From contig CM119371.1 of the NCBI GenBank assembly GCA_051294905.1, positions 21,268,001 through 21,332,000 on the forward strand: a DNA stretch of 64,000 nt, given 5' to 3'. Position 1 is the stretch's first letter. Each line of letters opens with the position of its first letter. The position numbers were made by a program, and so were the translations under genes. The notes under the pieces were generated by a model. The model saw only the letters and a list, made by a program, of their open reading frames with translations, had not been told where the DNA came from and made no database searches. The stretch comes from Botryllus schlosseri. Lineage: Eukaryota. Shown here in pieces: positions 1-12,500 of this stretch.

Positions 1-963
1 TGAAAGAAATACACTATTGGCAGATTGTGTTATTTTTGGCATATGCCAAAAATTAGTTATTTTTGGCATTTTCAAATTTTTATTTTTGGCAGTTTTGGCA
101 TCTGGCTCCCGAAATGCCAAAAATAACACGGCCTGTGTATAAGCCATCTTTCCTTCAACTTACAGCGCCGCAACGTCCTACAAGTTTCCCGATGTAAATA
201 TACGGGATCTGGAAGTACGGTAGAAACAGTATATTGCTTGGAGTTCCAATTGATCGAATTTCCTTATATCCAAATTATAATACGACACAACAGTAGCACG
301 AATAAGATATTGTCCCAATAAGATCGGTATAGATACAGTGGGGGAACGTCCGGTGGGCCAATTACTATTGATACAAACAGTATCTTAATCACAGCTATAT
401 CCAGAATCTTCCCTTAGACCAGACCAGGATGTTTCATAAAGCATACGTCATCTAGCGAATACAAGTATATGGCTCCTAAATTATTAAATCCCCTAAGATT
501 AACATGAAATGCCCACAGTAGCACGCCATTCATTCAGCAAAAATGGCTATTGTACATATGGTATGGAGATATCTTCAGTGGTGATCAAAGCAGTCCAGAT
601 AGCTACTCATGGAGAAGTAGAAGTAGCCACGCAAAAACCTACTCACATACGGGAAGAAGTAGTACTTTGAAAATTAACCCAAAACTACTTGAAATAGAAG
701 TAGAACTTACGAAATTTAAATCGACTCAAGTAGGTCAGTAAGTAGTGGTTGAAACAGTCGTACTTCGTTCGCTTAGTTAGACCATTATTTCCCTAACTTT
801 TTACATAACGCCCATCTGGACAGAAAATGAGGGAGAAATGCCCCATAAACCCCCTCATACTCCCGACAATTTTTGTTCATAGCATATTGCACAGTCACTA
901 CACTATCGAGTACACTTTTTGTGTTGATATAATTTATTGGCATCCCGATATACATATGTACGC

Positions 964-1908
964 CAGGGGTGTCAAACATATGGCCCGCCGACCGTATCCG
1001 GTCCGCGAAGCCATTCTGACTATAAAATGCTTATCAAATACAGCACATTTGTAACAAATGTTGAGATGTTTGAAAGATATAATTGTATTAAATATTCCCC
1101 AAGACAGAAAATGTCGAATATGTTCGCAGGCCAAAACATAATCACCTGACTGCGGCGTTTTGGTTTTACTCTGGTAACCACTTGGAACAAGTCTGAGACA
1201 TTGACATGAAATTCCGAGAGAGATAAAAGTGCACGTTGAGTTTTGTGGTAACATGGAAGAAAAAGTAGTTATTCGCAGAAGTGAAAACGCTAAAGTTGGA
1301 CCTTTATCTGTATAGGCTACATGAAGAATATATTAGTTAGACAAATATAATTCATGTATCTATGGTCGCACTGCTGTGTCGATTCCGATTTAAAAGGTCC
1401 CCGGAATCTAGTGATACACGAATCGTGATTGAATATGTGAGCCAAATTCTAACGTCCTCGTTTACCGATGACTCTCTTGTATTCCTCGTAACTGACACAG
1501 AGGGTTAACGCCAGATTACGACTATTATTGAAGGAGCATAGAAGTAGGCTATGCCGAATGAAATCGTCGTTACCTCCATTGAGAAAGCGGATGATAACTG
1601 TATTCAATTGGCTCGTTATTGTATATTTATCAAATCCATTGTTTGCGTATAAAGTTGTCGCTACTGGCTAGAATAATATCCATGTCAACTGCGATGCAGC
1701 AACATACTATTTTAATAGCATTGAGCCACGGTTCATAATTATAATTACGGTTTATAATTAAAATTATCTATATGTGCCTAATAATATAGTATTCAGATAA
1801 AAATAAAAGGCACAAAGTAACATTTTGAAATCCGTTCACTGGTGTGGCCCGCGGGCAATTTGGAAATTTTAATCCGGCACACGATGTAATTTAAGTTTGA
1901 CACCCCTG
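964..1908. mobile_element. Non-autonomous hAT (Charlie/Buster-like) element
   Basis: TIRs CAGGGGTGTCAAAC...GTTTGACACCCCTG; TSD ATGTACGC/GTGTACGC. Confidence 0.9.
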
Positions 1909-2029
1909 GTGTACGCTATCTCAGGTTCACGTTTTTGCATGGATTCTATATATGTATCGACTTTCACTTAAAGAAAAAGGGCAAATAATAACATGAAACT
2001 AAAGAACATCAAGATAATCAGTTTGGGGT

Positions 2030-4400
2030 CCTTTTTAAGCGCCTCCAGCGTGGGCGTCTTCGAGCGATAGCCCGCGTTGCGCTAGCTCGGCCTCTATTGT
2101 TGAGCGTCATTTGGTTCTATTCCAGCCACCTCTGCGCCATGGCTCCGTCGGAATGTGGTTGATGACGGCTGCGGCTGGTTAATCGTATGATGCCGCACTA
2201 GATGACCGACAAGGCGGAAGCGTCGTTCAGCAGCCAGCAGACGGCATCTGGCGGTTTTGTGAGTTTGCGTAATGCTCTGAGTGGTGGATGTCGAGTGCGT
2301 AGCGGAGGAGAGCATCGCAGTTAGCGTTGAGCGTCTTAGCCAGCTTTTCTGCCAGCGTTAGTGCCTCTATTCCTCAGAGAAGAACCTGCTCGATAGTGGC
2401 ACGGAAAATGCAGCTCTTGAGCTGGGGTGAGGCATTTGAGTGGAAGAAACAATGTAGCCGTCTCGCCGCGCCCCAGGCATTTGCTCGCCTCGCCTTAAGT
2501 GCTTTTCCAGAGTCCGCGACGTCAATACCGAGTTGTACAAAATTCTTTACATTCTTGAGCCTGATTTCTCCCAGTTGAATTGGTGTCGCGTTCTCCGGTA
2601 GAACTGGTATGGCCAGGACCTCAGTCTTCTTGGCATTGATCTGGAGGCCAATAAGAGCGGCGGTGGCCTCTAGTTGGTTGATGAGGGGCTGTGCTGATGT
2701 GGTATTCGGGGCAAGCAAGGGGAGGTCGTCTGCGTAGGCAAGAATACCTACCTGGATAGCCTCGCAAGTCGTACACGTATGCGTTTCTTGCCGTGGCCGC
2801 CATTCAAATAAGTCCGAGTTGTCCGGAAGGCCGTTCGTAGCACGAAGTCAAGGATGATCACGAACAATAATGGTGTCCAGGTGTCATTTTGAAGCACGCC
2901 AACCGAAGTGGTAAAATCTCCGCTTGGACCGTCATCTGTTCGGACTCGCGCTCGTGTGTCAATGTAGAGGGCCATACTGGCGTACGTTGTCACCTCGGGA
3001 ATTCCGTAGAATCTGAGGATCTTCGCCATGGTTGATCGCGAGACCGAGTCGAAGGCTTTCGCAAAGTCGACAAAGACAGCCACAGCATTCTTTTTGTGTG
3101 AGTGGCAGGTGTCAATATTGTGCGCAGTGCCAGGATATGCTCTGTTGCACCGCGGGATGGTCAAAATCCATTCTGGACATTCAGGAGCCTGGTAGATACT
3201 TGATCGCGTATGTGAAAGAGCAGTAATCGGTCGAACAGCTTGGTCGCGGTCTGCATGAGGGAGATGCCTCTGTAGATCGCTGGGTCACTCGCAGCGCCTT
3301 TCATGTATATAGGCACGGTTTCGCTCTCGAGCCACTCGGACGGCACTGGGCCGCCTTCGAGGACACCGTTCATGACGCCGAGGAGAAAACGTGCCGTGGC
3401 TTGCTATGTGCCTCACCTGAGCACTTCACGGGCTGATTCCTTGACTGCTGCCACAAGTGGCGCAAAGGCGGTCGGTATAGTATTTTGGATCTCGCGGGCG
3501 TGAAGTGTGTGCATGGTAAAGTCTTCATCTTATTTGCGTCCTTGAGACCAAGCCAATGTGGCAGGGGCTCTTTTGGTGTACGCTTCGGGAAGAACGGGAG
3601 GCGTTCACGAAGCGTGGCCAACACCATGCGAGGGTCACTCTTCATCGCTAGCATGCGCAACAATCAGCAATTCGTGAAGTGGTGCCATGCGGGAGTTCTG
3701 CACCAGATATAATCCAGACGTGTGTTGCGTTGGCGCATACCGTCAAATGTCGTCCTGCGTTTCGGCTTCATAGAGAAGTTGGCGTTGAGAGGAATGAGGT
3801 CGCAGCGGTCGAGTAGATTGGTGAAATCCTCAGAGTTGCTGTTTTCGCTGCCAACTGGGAAGCGAACTCGCTGTGAGCGTTCGGCCAACGTGACATTCAT
3901 GTCCCCAACCAGCATGGTTATGTCGCGTTGCGGGTAGGCAGAGATAATACCTTCTAGTTGGTCGTAGAAGGCAGTGGTGTTCGGAGATGTAGGTCCATAC
4001 GCACACACATGGAGCAGTTTGCGGCGACGGAATTGAATGCTAGCTGTGATAATTCCGCGGGTTATAACGCAAATCTTTGCCCCAGCGTGGAAACGCCGGG
4101 ACATGATTACACCGACGCCTCCAACACCACCTTGGTTGGCAGGTGACTGGATCATGATAATGCCTGCGCATTGCCAACACATCAAGCTTGAGGTCAGTCA
4201 CAAGTGCGGCAACTTCTTCCTGGCGCCACGCAGAGTTCAGAGTTCTTGTGTTTAGAGTTCCAAGTGTAAATGTTGCTTTTAGGCTAATCCTCAGTAAACT
4301 TGGTTGAGGCTTCGGGTCGCCCGGCAGAGCCCAGTCTTTATGCTAATATTGTACGCCTCGGCGAGTACACAGTTAGTTAAGGCGACTGACTAACACGATT
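2030..4400 (-). mobile_element. Degenerate RTE-like LINE (AP endonuclease + reverse transcriptase), frameshifted; boundaries approximate
   Basis: Minus-strand fragments: APE motifs CAYGPT, LVGDMN, TRLDYI; RT motifs YRGISL, QNGF, FVDFAKAFDSV, GVLQNDT, LAYADD (~2725-2742). Confidence 0.9.
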
Positions 4401-4584
4401 TATTGGATTCTAGGACAGACTTCATCAGTGAAATCAAGCGTACAAGGCAACTTCCTCTTCCAAATCATCGTTCCTCATTTTCGCGTCATATACGCTTCAA
4501 ACCTCATAGTCCTCTTTCTACAATGTAAATTACAATCGTTTGGTGTCACTGATAAAAGTAGTAAGTTATTGTTTGATTGATCGT

Positions 4585-5805
4585 CCAGTTCCCAAACTTC
4601 CAAACTTTTTCGACCCATCGCCCCCTTTTCAAGCTCCACACCGATCATCGACCTCCACCCCCCCCCACAAATGTTGGGAATCAAAAATGGGCATACAAAC
4701 TGGAATCACCGGCGAGTTAACTAAAAAAAGTCAACTTTTCGGCTCGACCTCGCAATTACACTTTTCCCACTAAATTTTTGTGAGTTGACCAAAAAAAGGT
4801 CATTTTCCCGACTCGACTCTGAAAGGACCGTAACAGTACTTCCTCAGCTCTCCCAAAAAACTTTGGTCTTGCCCCCCCCCCATAGGGTGATAAATCATAT
4901 TTCTGGGGGGATTTGCCCCTCAGACCCCCTATCAGATACCTCTTTAGTTAGTCGCGTGAAGCGCGAACAATGTCGATCGTTCAATATGATCGGAAATTTC
5001 ATATATATATTGCTGTCATTTTTAAATGTAGGACCCGTAAATAATAATTAAACACATTCGGGCGGACCCGTGGAAATAATGACTTCGGTACGTGATAGTA
5101 TTTCGTGGCCTGCCTGCTATGTCAAAAGATATTGAAATGGCCAATACGTACTAAACTAAAAGACGCACGTGATTTCAAATCGGTATTTCTGCACTGGCAA
5201 ATAATTTTTCTCCGCGGGATGGCATTTGTCTTGTGTGGTTCTGATTGCCAGGACATGAGCATTTGGCGCCAGCCATTTATGCGCCTATGGACAATTAAAC
5301 ATATATGTATATCGTATATACATATCGAAGTCGGTCAGCATAAAGGCAGTCCCTTTCCACCAAAGTTTTTTCGTTCTAGAACACTTCTCGGAGTCACATG
5401 TTACATGGCCCGAAATTTCATATGTCTTGATGCGTCATGGCGTGGGTATGGCTGACGCCGAGATGGCCATCTCTATAACTCCTGCGTATTTTTTCTTCGG
5501 GGAAGAGTATCCGAAGAGAAAGAAATTTGAGACCATAAATTTCTAAAATAATACATTACAATTTATCTTAATTCACTAAAAAATTTTGGGCCACCATCGA
5601 GCTCGCCCCCCCCCCCTAATCCCAATTGGGGGTTTGGGGTGCGGCAGTTACGGTCCCGTACTCCAATATAGCCGTTTTGCCGCGCTATCACCCCATATCG
5701 TCCCCTTCGTCCGTTTTCGCCCCTATCGCCCCTTTGCTATTTTCACCCCCACCCGAACCGCCAAATTGCCCCTAGGGGTGATATTGCCCACGTTGGGAAC
5801 CACTG
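4585..5805. mobile_element. Non-autonomous hAT element, related to the 27438 copy; left end degraded
   Basis: Right TIR GTTGGGAACCACTG; internal similarity to 27438-28711. Confidence 0.75.
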
Positions 5806-6362
5806 GTCTAGTTAGTTAGAATGCTGCATAATCATGAGAGCGGTATTGACAATTTTCGATTGAATGCACCTTGTACGACCACGAATGACTTGACCAAATA
5901 TCCATAAATCTGACTGTGGGGCGCAGACAGAGCTATTAATTTACGGATGTTGCCAAATAGTTTACCATATTCCGTTTCGATTTCGTTCTATATTCGTTTT
6001 TCCTTGCCGATTTATGGCTATGTCAACTCTATTTCCATTCTTTCGAAACTTCCCTCTCATAAGACGAGGTCGGCAATGACGAATCCAGATGATAAAGCTC
6101 CTACGCGTAAAAGATTGATAGAATCCTGGTTTGATGCATTGGTGTCCATTGGTGTTGCGACACTGTGTGCGACCCACAACGCCACTCGCCTTGCCATTTA
6201 ACATATATTGTATAAGACAATTCATCATTGCATTTAAAAACCTCATGTATACATATTCAATACTTTACTTGAAAATCGTCGCATACACGTTTACTATTTT
6301 TAAAATAGCCATTGAACAATGATATCTAGTGGTCTATTGATTATTGTTTATTTATATCGCAG

Positions 6363-6569
6363 AGCATTTGTGGTGAATCCTTAGGGACAATCGTGACGTC
6401 GTACGAGAAACTATCGGCCGAGATTCTTCATAATTTTGACGAAGGAGTATCGCAATGGAAGGAGGCCAGTGAAGAAGGAAAACAACATGAAGAGAAATAC
6501 AGAAATAAGCTTGTGCTACATATGCAATATGCTATATCAGGGAAGGTTGAGGAATGGAAAATCCAGGAA
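6363..6569 (+). CDS. Long repeat exon A1 (69 aa: SICGESLGTIVTSYEKLSAEILHNF...ISGKVEEWKIQE)
   Basis: tatcgcag| ... GAA|gtatgg; matches A consensus G4,S6,L17,L22,F25,KVxEW. Confidence 0.85.
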
Positions 6570-9500
6570 GTATGGTTACGCTATCTTTTTACACCCATTA
6601 AAATTTCCTTCCGCTTATTTTCAACTGTTATTTTTTTTTTAATTGATATTAGTGCTTACATGTCGTGCGTGTTGCGTTTCAAGCCTGTGCGTATCTATTG
6701 AATTCGGAATTTTTTTTTGTTAAAATGATTTAACACCTAGTAGTGTTTTCTTGGGGTTTTAAGATTGCTGATTAGTAATATCACGTTGGTTTTGCCAGAT
6801 TGACTTTGGTTTAGAAAACACATATAGGCCTACCCTAAATACCATAAAATTGTACTTATGTGCAAATGAATTTTGTGCCAATTGGTTTTTCTCCCACGAT
6901 GAAAAAGTTGTATGGCGTTATTCGAATTCGTCCCTGAAAAGCTTATCTACGATACTTATACAATGCTCATCACTGTTGACTTTTAAATGGTTATTTTTTG
7001 CAAGGCTAAGAAAGTGGGCATACGAAGTATCTCTGATTTCTATGTTTTCTTTACAGCAGGGCAAGAATCCAACTATCGTGATGCACACTGATTCAAAGTT
7101 ATACTGTTTCATTTGTTACGTCATTCTCTGCCTTAATGGTTTTGCTTTTGAACCTAATAACTCTGTTAGTGTGTCAATAACTCTTGAAAAGGATGCATCC
7201 GGAAAATCTTCCAGTTTGCTAAATGTTTTACTACAATTGATGTTTGAAGATAACCTCCTCTTATCATCAAATTATGGTTAACGAAGCAGTTTGTAAAGGC
7301 ACATAACATAGTAGTTCATTTGCAGATAATTTCTGGAACTCTCTTTCGTGGACCACGGATTTGAATGCGTATAACATGTTATAATTCAATATAAATAGAA
7401 TAGCTTAATGCAGGGGTCACCAACCCGGTACCCGCGGGCCCCAGGTAGCCCGCGAGGACCAGATGAGTAGCCCGCGAGCGCGTTCTAAAAATAGGTGGAA
7501 TAGCAGCATTTACCAATATTCGTCAGATTATTACCAGGGAGCTTTTAAATATATAGATTGATTGATTTAGCTATTCTTGTTAAAAACACACTAACATGTA
7601 ACTAGCATATATAAACACTTGAAAATATCTTCAATTACTAATGGCGGGGGGTTCCGTTATGATAGCTCGACGTCCAGGACAATGCCAAAGTAGTAAACAA
7701 TATTACTATTCGGAGTCAGAGTGCCGTGAAGTACTGGCAGATTTTCAATATCTGTTTAAGTGTATTGTATACGAATTACGTATCGCATCTTTTGACACAA
7801 CTTGTTTCTGTTGCACTCAAGACTCAACGCAGTTTAGTATACCATGTTTCGAACTTTCTGTAATCGTTGCTGCTGTCCGGTATAATGAAATCTTGTCATT
7901 TGTGAATGCTGAACAGTTGGAGATTGAAATTGTAACACTGCAAAATGACCCCACCTCAGTCTGCAGCAAACGTTTGGTGCATTGTTGATACGGTAAATTA
8001 CAGTAGTGTATGCGCAGCAGCTATGAAGGTTTGCAAGCGTCTATGGTTCAACTTAGCGTTGTGAATCAGCCTTTTCGGACATGAACTTCATCAAAAACAG
8101 ACACGAAACACGCTTAATTAATGCAAATCTACAACACTCACTCACAATTGCAGTGTCAAGTTACATAGTACACTACAGCGCACAGTGCACTAGTTGATAT
8201 CATACAATGCCAGACTTCCCACTGACTGCATAGAAACAGATAACATGATGTCCAGTCCTGCCCAGTGTTATGAATATCAAAGCGAAAATTCAGTGTGGTA
8301 AGGGTAGACGGCGGGAGTAAATAGTAGCCCGCCGCTTCAATCATTACGCAAAAGTAGCCCTCGGTTGCTAAAAGGTTGGTGACCCTTGGCTTAATGCGTG
8401 TATTTAATAAAGCAAGTAATAAAAATACCTTTATGGAAAATCCCCAAGTGCCCAACTACAAAGAGTTGGTTCACAATTGTAATCTACACATGAAAAACAT
8501 GAACATTAAAGTTCACTACGTGTTCAGTCACATTGATACATTTCCTGATCATCTTGGTCATTAGAGTGAAGATCAAGCGGAAGCGTCCACCAATGCATCA
8601 AAACAACAATAGATGGGTGTCAGGGGAGATGAGATGAACATATAGTCAGGGCATGGTATGGTATCCAATATAAATGGAAATTTCCATAATCCTTACCCAC
8701 CTTAATCGTTCCATACCATACTGACAATTTTCCATACCATAGCAGCATTCTTCCATACCATATTTGGTACTTTTTCCATACTTTGGGAGGTACCCAACCT
8801 CTTAGATAATGTTATATATTTGCAATTTTGAAATTTTATATTTCACTTATTTGTGATTCAACGAAACACCTGTGATACCCCAGTGATATCCCCAATTTTT
8901 TCGTGTCATCTCACTCATATGTCGTCAACGATGTAGATTGCTTAACAATTGATGACGGAACGTAAATTATATCCACATAGGATTATTCATGAATCACATC
9001 ACAAGCTCATGACATGTAAATCTAGTGAGGAAACGAACTGCTAGCAGTATAGTATCATCTACGGAATTACATGAAAGAATGGTATTGTCCCATTAGAATA
9101 TATATTGGAAATTAATTTTACTCACAGTCATTAGTTTTTTTTAGTGACAACGGATCAAATGTCCAATTCCCTGCCAATCTGTGATTCATAAGCATCATGA
9201 GCCAACATCAGGGTGTCCATTATCCACTGTTATTTCTTTTGTCAGTGATAACCAGATTTCATGATGTTACATTGCGTGTTGCAGGCCGCATGGAGTAAGG
9301 TATCTCCGAGAAAAACTACATCTTTTTAAAATTATAATGCTGCTTGACTAAAATGGATATTACGAAGTTCAACAAATTAGTATAAAAAATTATGTACCCG
9401 CAACAGAGTCTACGACTTTGAAACTCCCCCTCGTAGTTTACGGAGTGGTAGTCGCGATAAGCGAAATGCAAGTTGTAACGCGACAGCGATCGAATAAGAT

Positions 9501-12500
9501 TCGTTTTTATATACAAATTGGAATATTTATCAATAATATTATTTTCCTTCATATGCGCGTTGCACAACTTTGCTGTCATCAAATAGATTTCGACCTGGGT
9601 GCGCGAGTCATGAATCGCATTTTGAGATGATGACATATACACTATACAGTGAACGATTTTCTTAGGTATGTAAGTAATTTGAAAATATACAATTAAATAG
9701 TATATTCATATTGAAATGAACCCTAATATAATATGAAATGAAACCGAATATATTTAATTGTATATTGAAGTTCTGTACCTCAAAGAAGATCTTCAAGTAA
9801 TTTGAAAACAACAAAGTAGGATGATTGTCATGTTTCTGGCAAAACTTTTAAAGTATGGAAGAGCATGGAACAAAAATTTCTACGTCATACCATACCATAC
9901 TATGTCCAGCATACGAGGGCCGACTATTGCTAGAACCTTTCGATGGATGCCTCAATAATTACCCACAAGCTAAAATGGTTAAAGAAACAATTTTATTTCA
10001 AGATAAAATATTATTATTGTGTTCCAAATGTTTATGTTGAATTAATAATAGGTGCTTTATATGACATAAAACTGATTCAATTAATGCATCGTTATTTAAA
10101 TATTTTATATACGAACTTATTTATATGATAGGGGTTTTTGTACATAATATCCCCGAGTCTTGAACTAGATAAATGTTGCTGTAGTATGTTTTAAAAGTTA
10201 TCTCCAGTGTGTCCAAATAACAATTAGATTTAATTATAATTGGATGGGTGCTTTATGTGTAGCCATACAGCGGGAATATTAGATTTTAGTCAAAACAACC
10301 CCATGGGTTATTTCCAAACCAGAGAAAATATGATGAAATGCCAAAGCCGTATTCGGAATCAGTGTGATTCAGACCCCAAAAGCACTCTCACTTTGTCTGC
10401 CTAAAATAGGTGATGACCAGTATTATCATAATGCAGTAAACTTTTTCATTCATGTGAGTGCTAATCGCCACGATTCAATTACAGTAAGGTTTTGTTGATA
10501 TTTTTTCAGATAATATTCTGACCTTATTTCAATAATATTGTTGACAGGCATGCTTGACTACTAATTTATTATTACTTTTTCACTAGGAAAACAGACAGTT
10601 AAAATTGAGATTGAAATCTGAAGAGCTATCTGATCAGTACGTTAAAAGTGTGAAAGTAAGTATTGCTTCCCGTCATCATCATTTTGAAGATATATGTCCG
10701 GGTATATGAAAATTACAAAATCGAAATATCGAAACAACATTGCAAAGTTGTTGTTATCATCCTTTCTTAAACCCCGACTTATGTCTCGTTGTTCCATGGA
10801 TATCGCACCATTCTGGCAAAATATAAACTATCGTTGTACGAAAAATTGCTTTGGTCACCTAATTGTTTACTACAATACCAATATGTAACATGGTTTAGTC
10901 ATCTACTACGTTGGACCCCAATTCATGCACTGTGGAACTATGGCTACCTATCACATTGGTAGTAATTGTGACTCGGGAACTTGTGACTTGGTTACAACCC
11001 TGTCACGAACTCCTTGCACGAAACTTTGTAAATCACGTACCAATTATCACTGAACTTGGCGTCGGATACAAGCAATGAACATTCAACGAGAATGTCCCAC
11101 CTTGGCACGCACAACGTTGGTATGATCTAGATCCGGTTATATAATGCTTCTAATTGTTATACGGCCTTATTCCATTTTAACTGCCATAATCGTTACAATA
11201 GGATACAATTCTCTATTTCAGCTGGTAAGATTGCGCAGAGCAGAGGTGTCAAACATACGACCCGCCATACGATTTCATGCCACCATAATTATCCCTCAAG
11301 ACGTCAAATGTTGAGTATGTTCATAGAGCGCATTATAGCCATCTGACATTGGTCTTGCGGTTTCACTCTAGTCACCAGTCGGGAAAGGGGCCAGAAAGTA
11401 GGCTAGCTCTTCACAAAAGAGATAACGTCAGTAGTATAGTATCTCGGCCGTGATTCGCCATTGTGGCTTATGGTACGGCAACATGTCGTATGGAAAACAC
11501 GCGGTGGCAAGTCGTACTTTCAGACCCCCCTCTCGGTGGCATGTCGTAATGTGTTCTTATGGATGTGGTGACGAGTCCTACTTTCAGGTATAGGCTGCGG
11601 CGGCATATCGTATTGTAAACTCGCAGCGGCAAGTCGTACTTTCAGGTAGGCTATAAGTTGCGGTGACATGTCGTACTTCGTGTGGTGTTGAATATCAAGT
11701 ATATTGATCACGTGATTGATCCTTAGGTAATGTGTATATTCAAAATTATTATATATGACCGATTCGAGTAAATCCCAACGTTTACGGAGACATCAATATA
11801 TCCTTATTCTTATGGATGCGGCAGCATGACGTACTCTCAGGTATAGGATGCGGTGACATGTCGTACTTTCAGCAAAAAGGTGTGAATTAATTTGCAAAAT
11901 CTAGGAATCAGTCGCATGTTAATGTTTTTGTAATTAGTTTGCCAAAGAGCCGGCGTAAACGGGGATTCGGATATCAACAATAACCACGCTCACAAACTAA
12001 CACTTCAAATAGGTGTGAAATATATTACAAACCCCGCGATCGCTGACAAGATAATGGCTCGGACATAGCCATCTTTCGTGATTTGGTGTTACAGACATAT
12101 CGATCACTCTCAAGGTAATATTCTGGTAATCAGTTTGTCGCAGATCTGGATTTCCGTCGGTAAGATGTAATAAGTAACGAATAACAGAACCGCCACCGGC
12201 GTGACTTGAATACCAACAAATTGTCACCTAATTCCGTCCTAACCCGAATCCTTTTCAGGTTACCACATATTCAAATAGGTGTGAAATAATTGAAAATCCT
12301 ACGATCGCTCACAAGATAACACCTCAGTCATAACGGTCTCTCATGACTTGCTGTTGCATACCAATCACTCACAAGGTAATATTTTGGTAATTAGTTTGGC
12401 ACAGCGCCGTAGCCGACGGTGTTTCGAGAACCAACAATTTGACTTTTTCTGACGATTGCTATTTGTTTTCACACCTCTGGAACAGAGGTTGACTTTAGTT

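Larger units (their letters stand above)
6705..10422 (+). mobile_element. Chapaev3-like (CMC) DNA transposon relic interrupted by two nested insertions; left end approximate
   Basis: Transposase remnant NMNIKVHYVFSHIDTFPDHLG...QGR*DEH / ADYC* split across an insert; both ends similar to the inverted 37268-38715 copy. Confidence 0.7.

Noticed and set aside
4400..4440. Minus-strand CTGATGA suggesting a hammerhead ribozyme
   Set aside because: No stem II followed by GAAA could be found.
9587..9666. AG...GTATGT bounded exon-like segment
   Set aside because: Stops in all three frames and lies inside a nested TE.
11440..11875. Spaced repeats as a CRISPR-like array
   Set aside because: Repeats are degenerate and near-contiguous without unique spacers; eukaryotic intron context; no cas genes.
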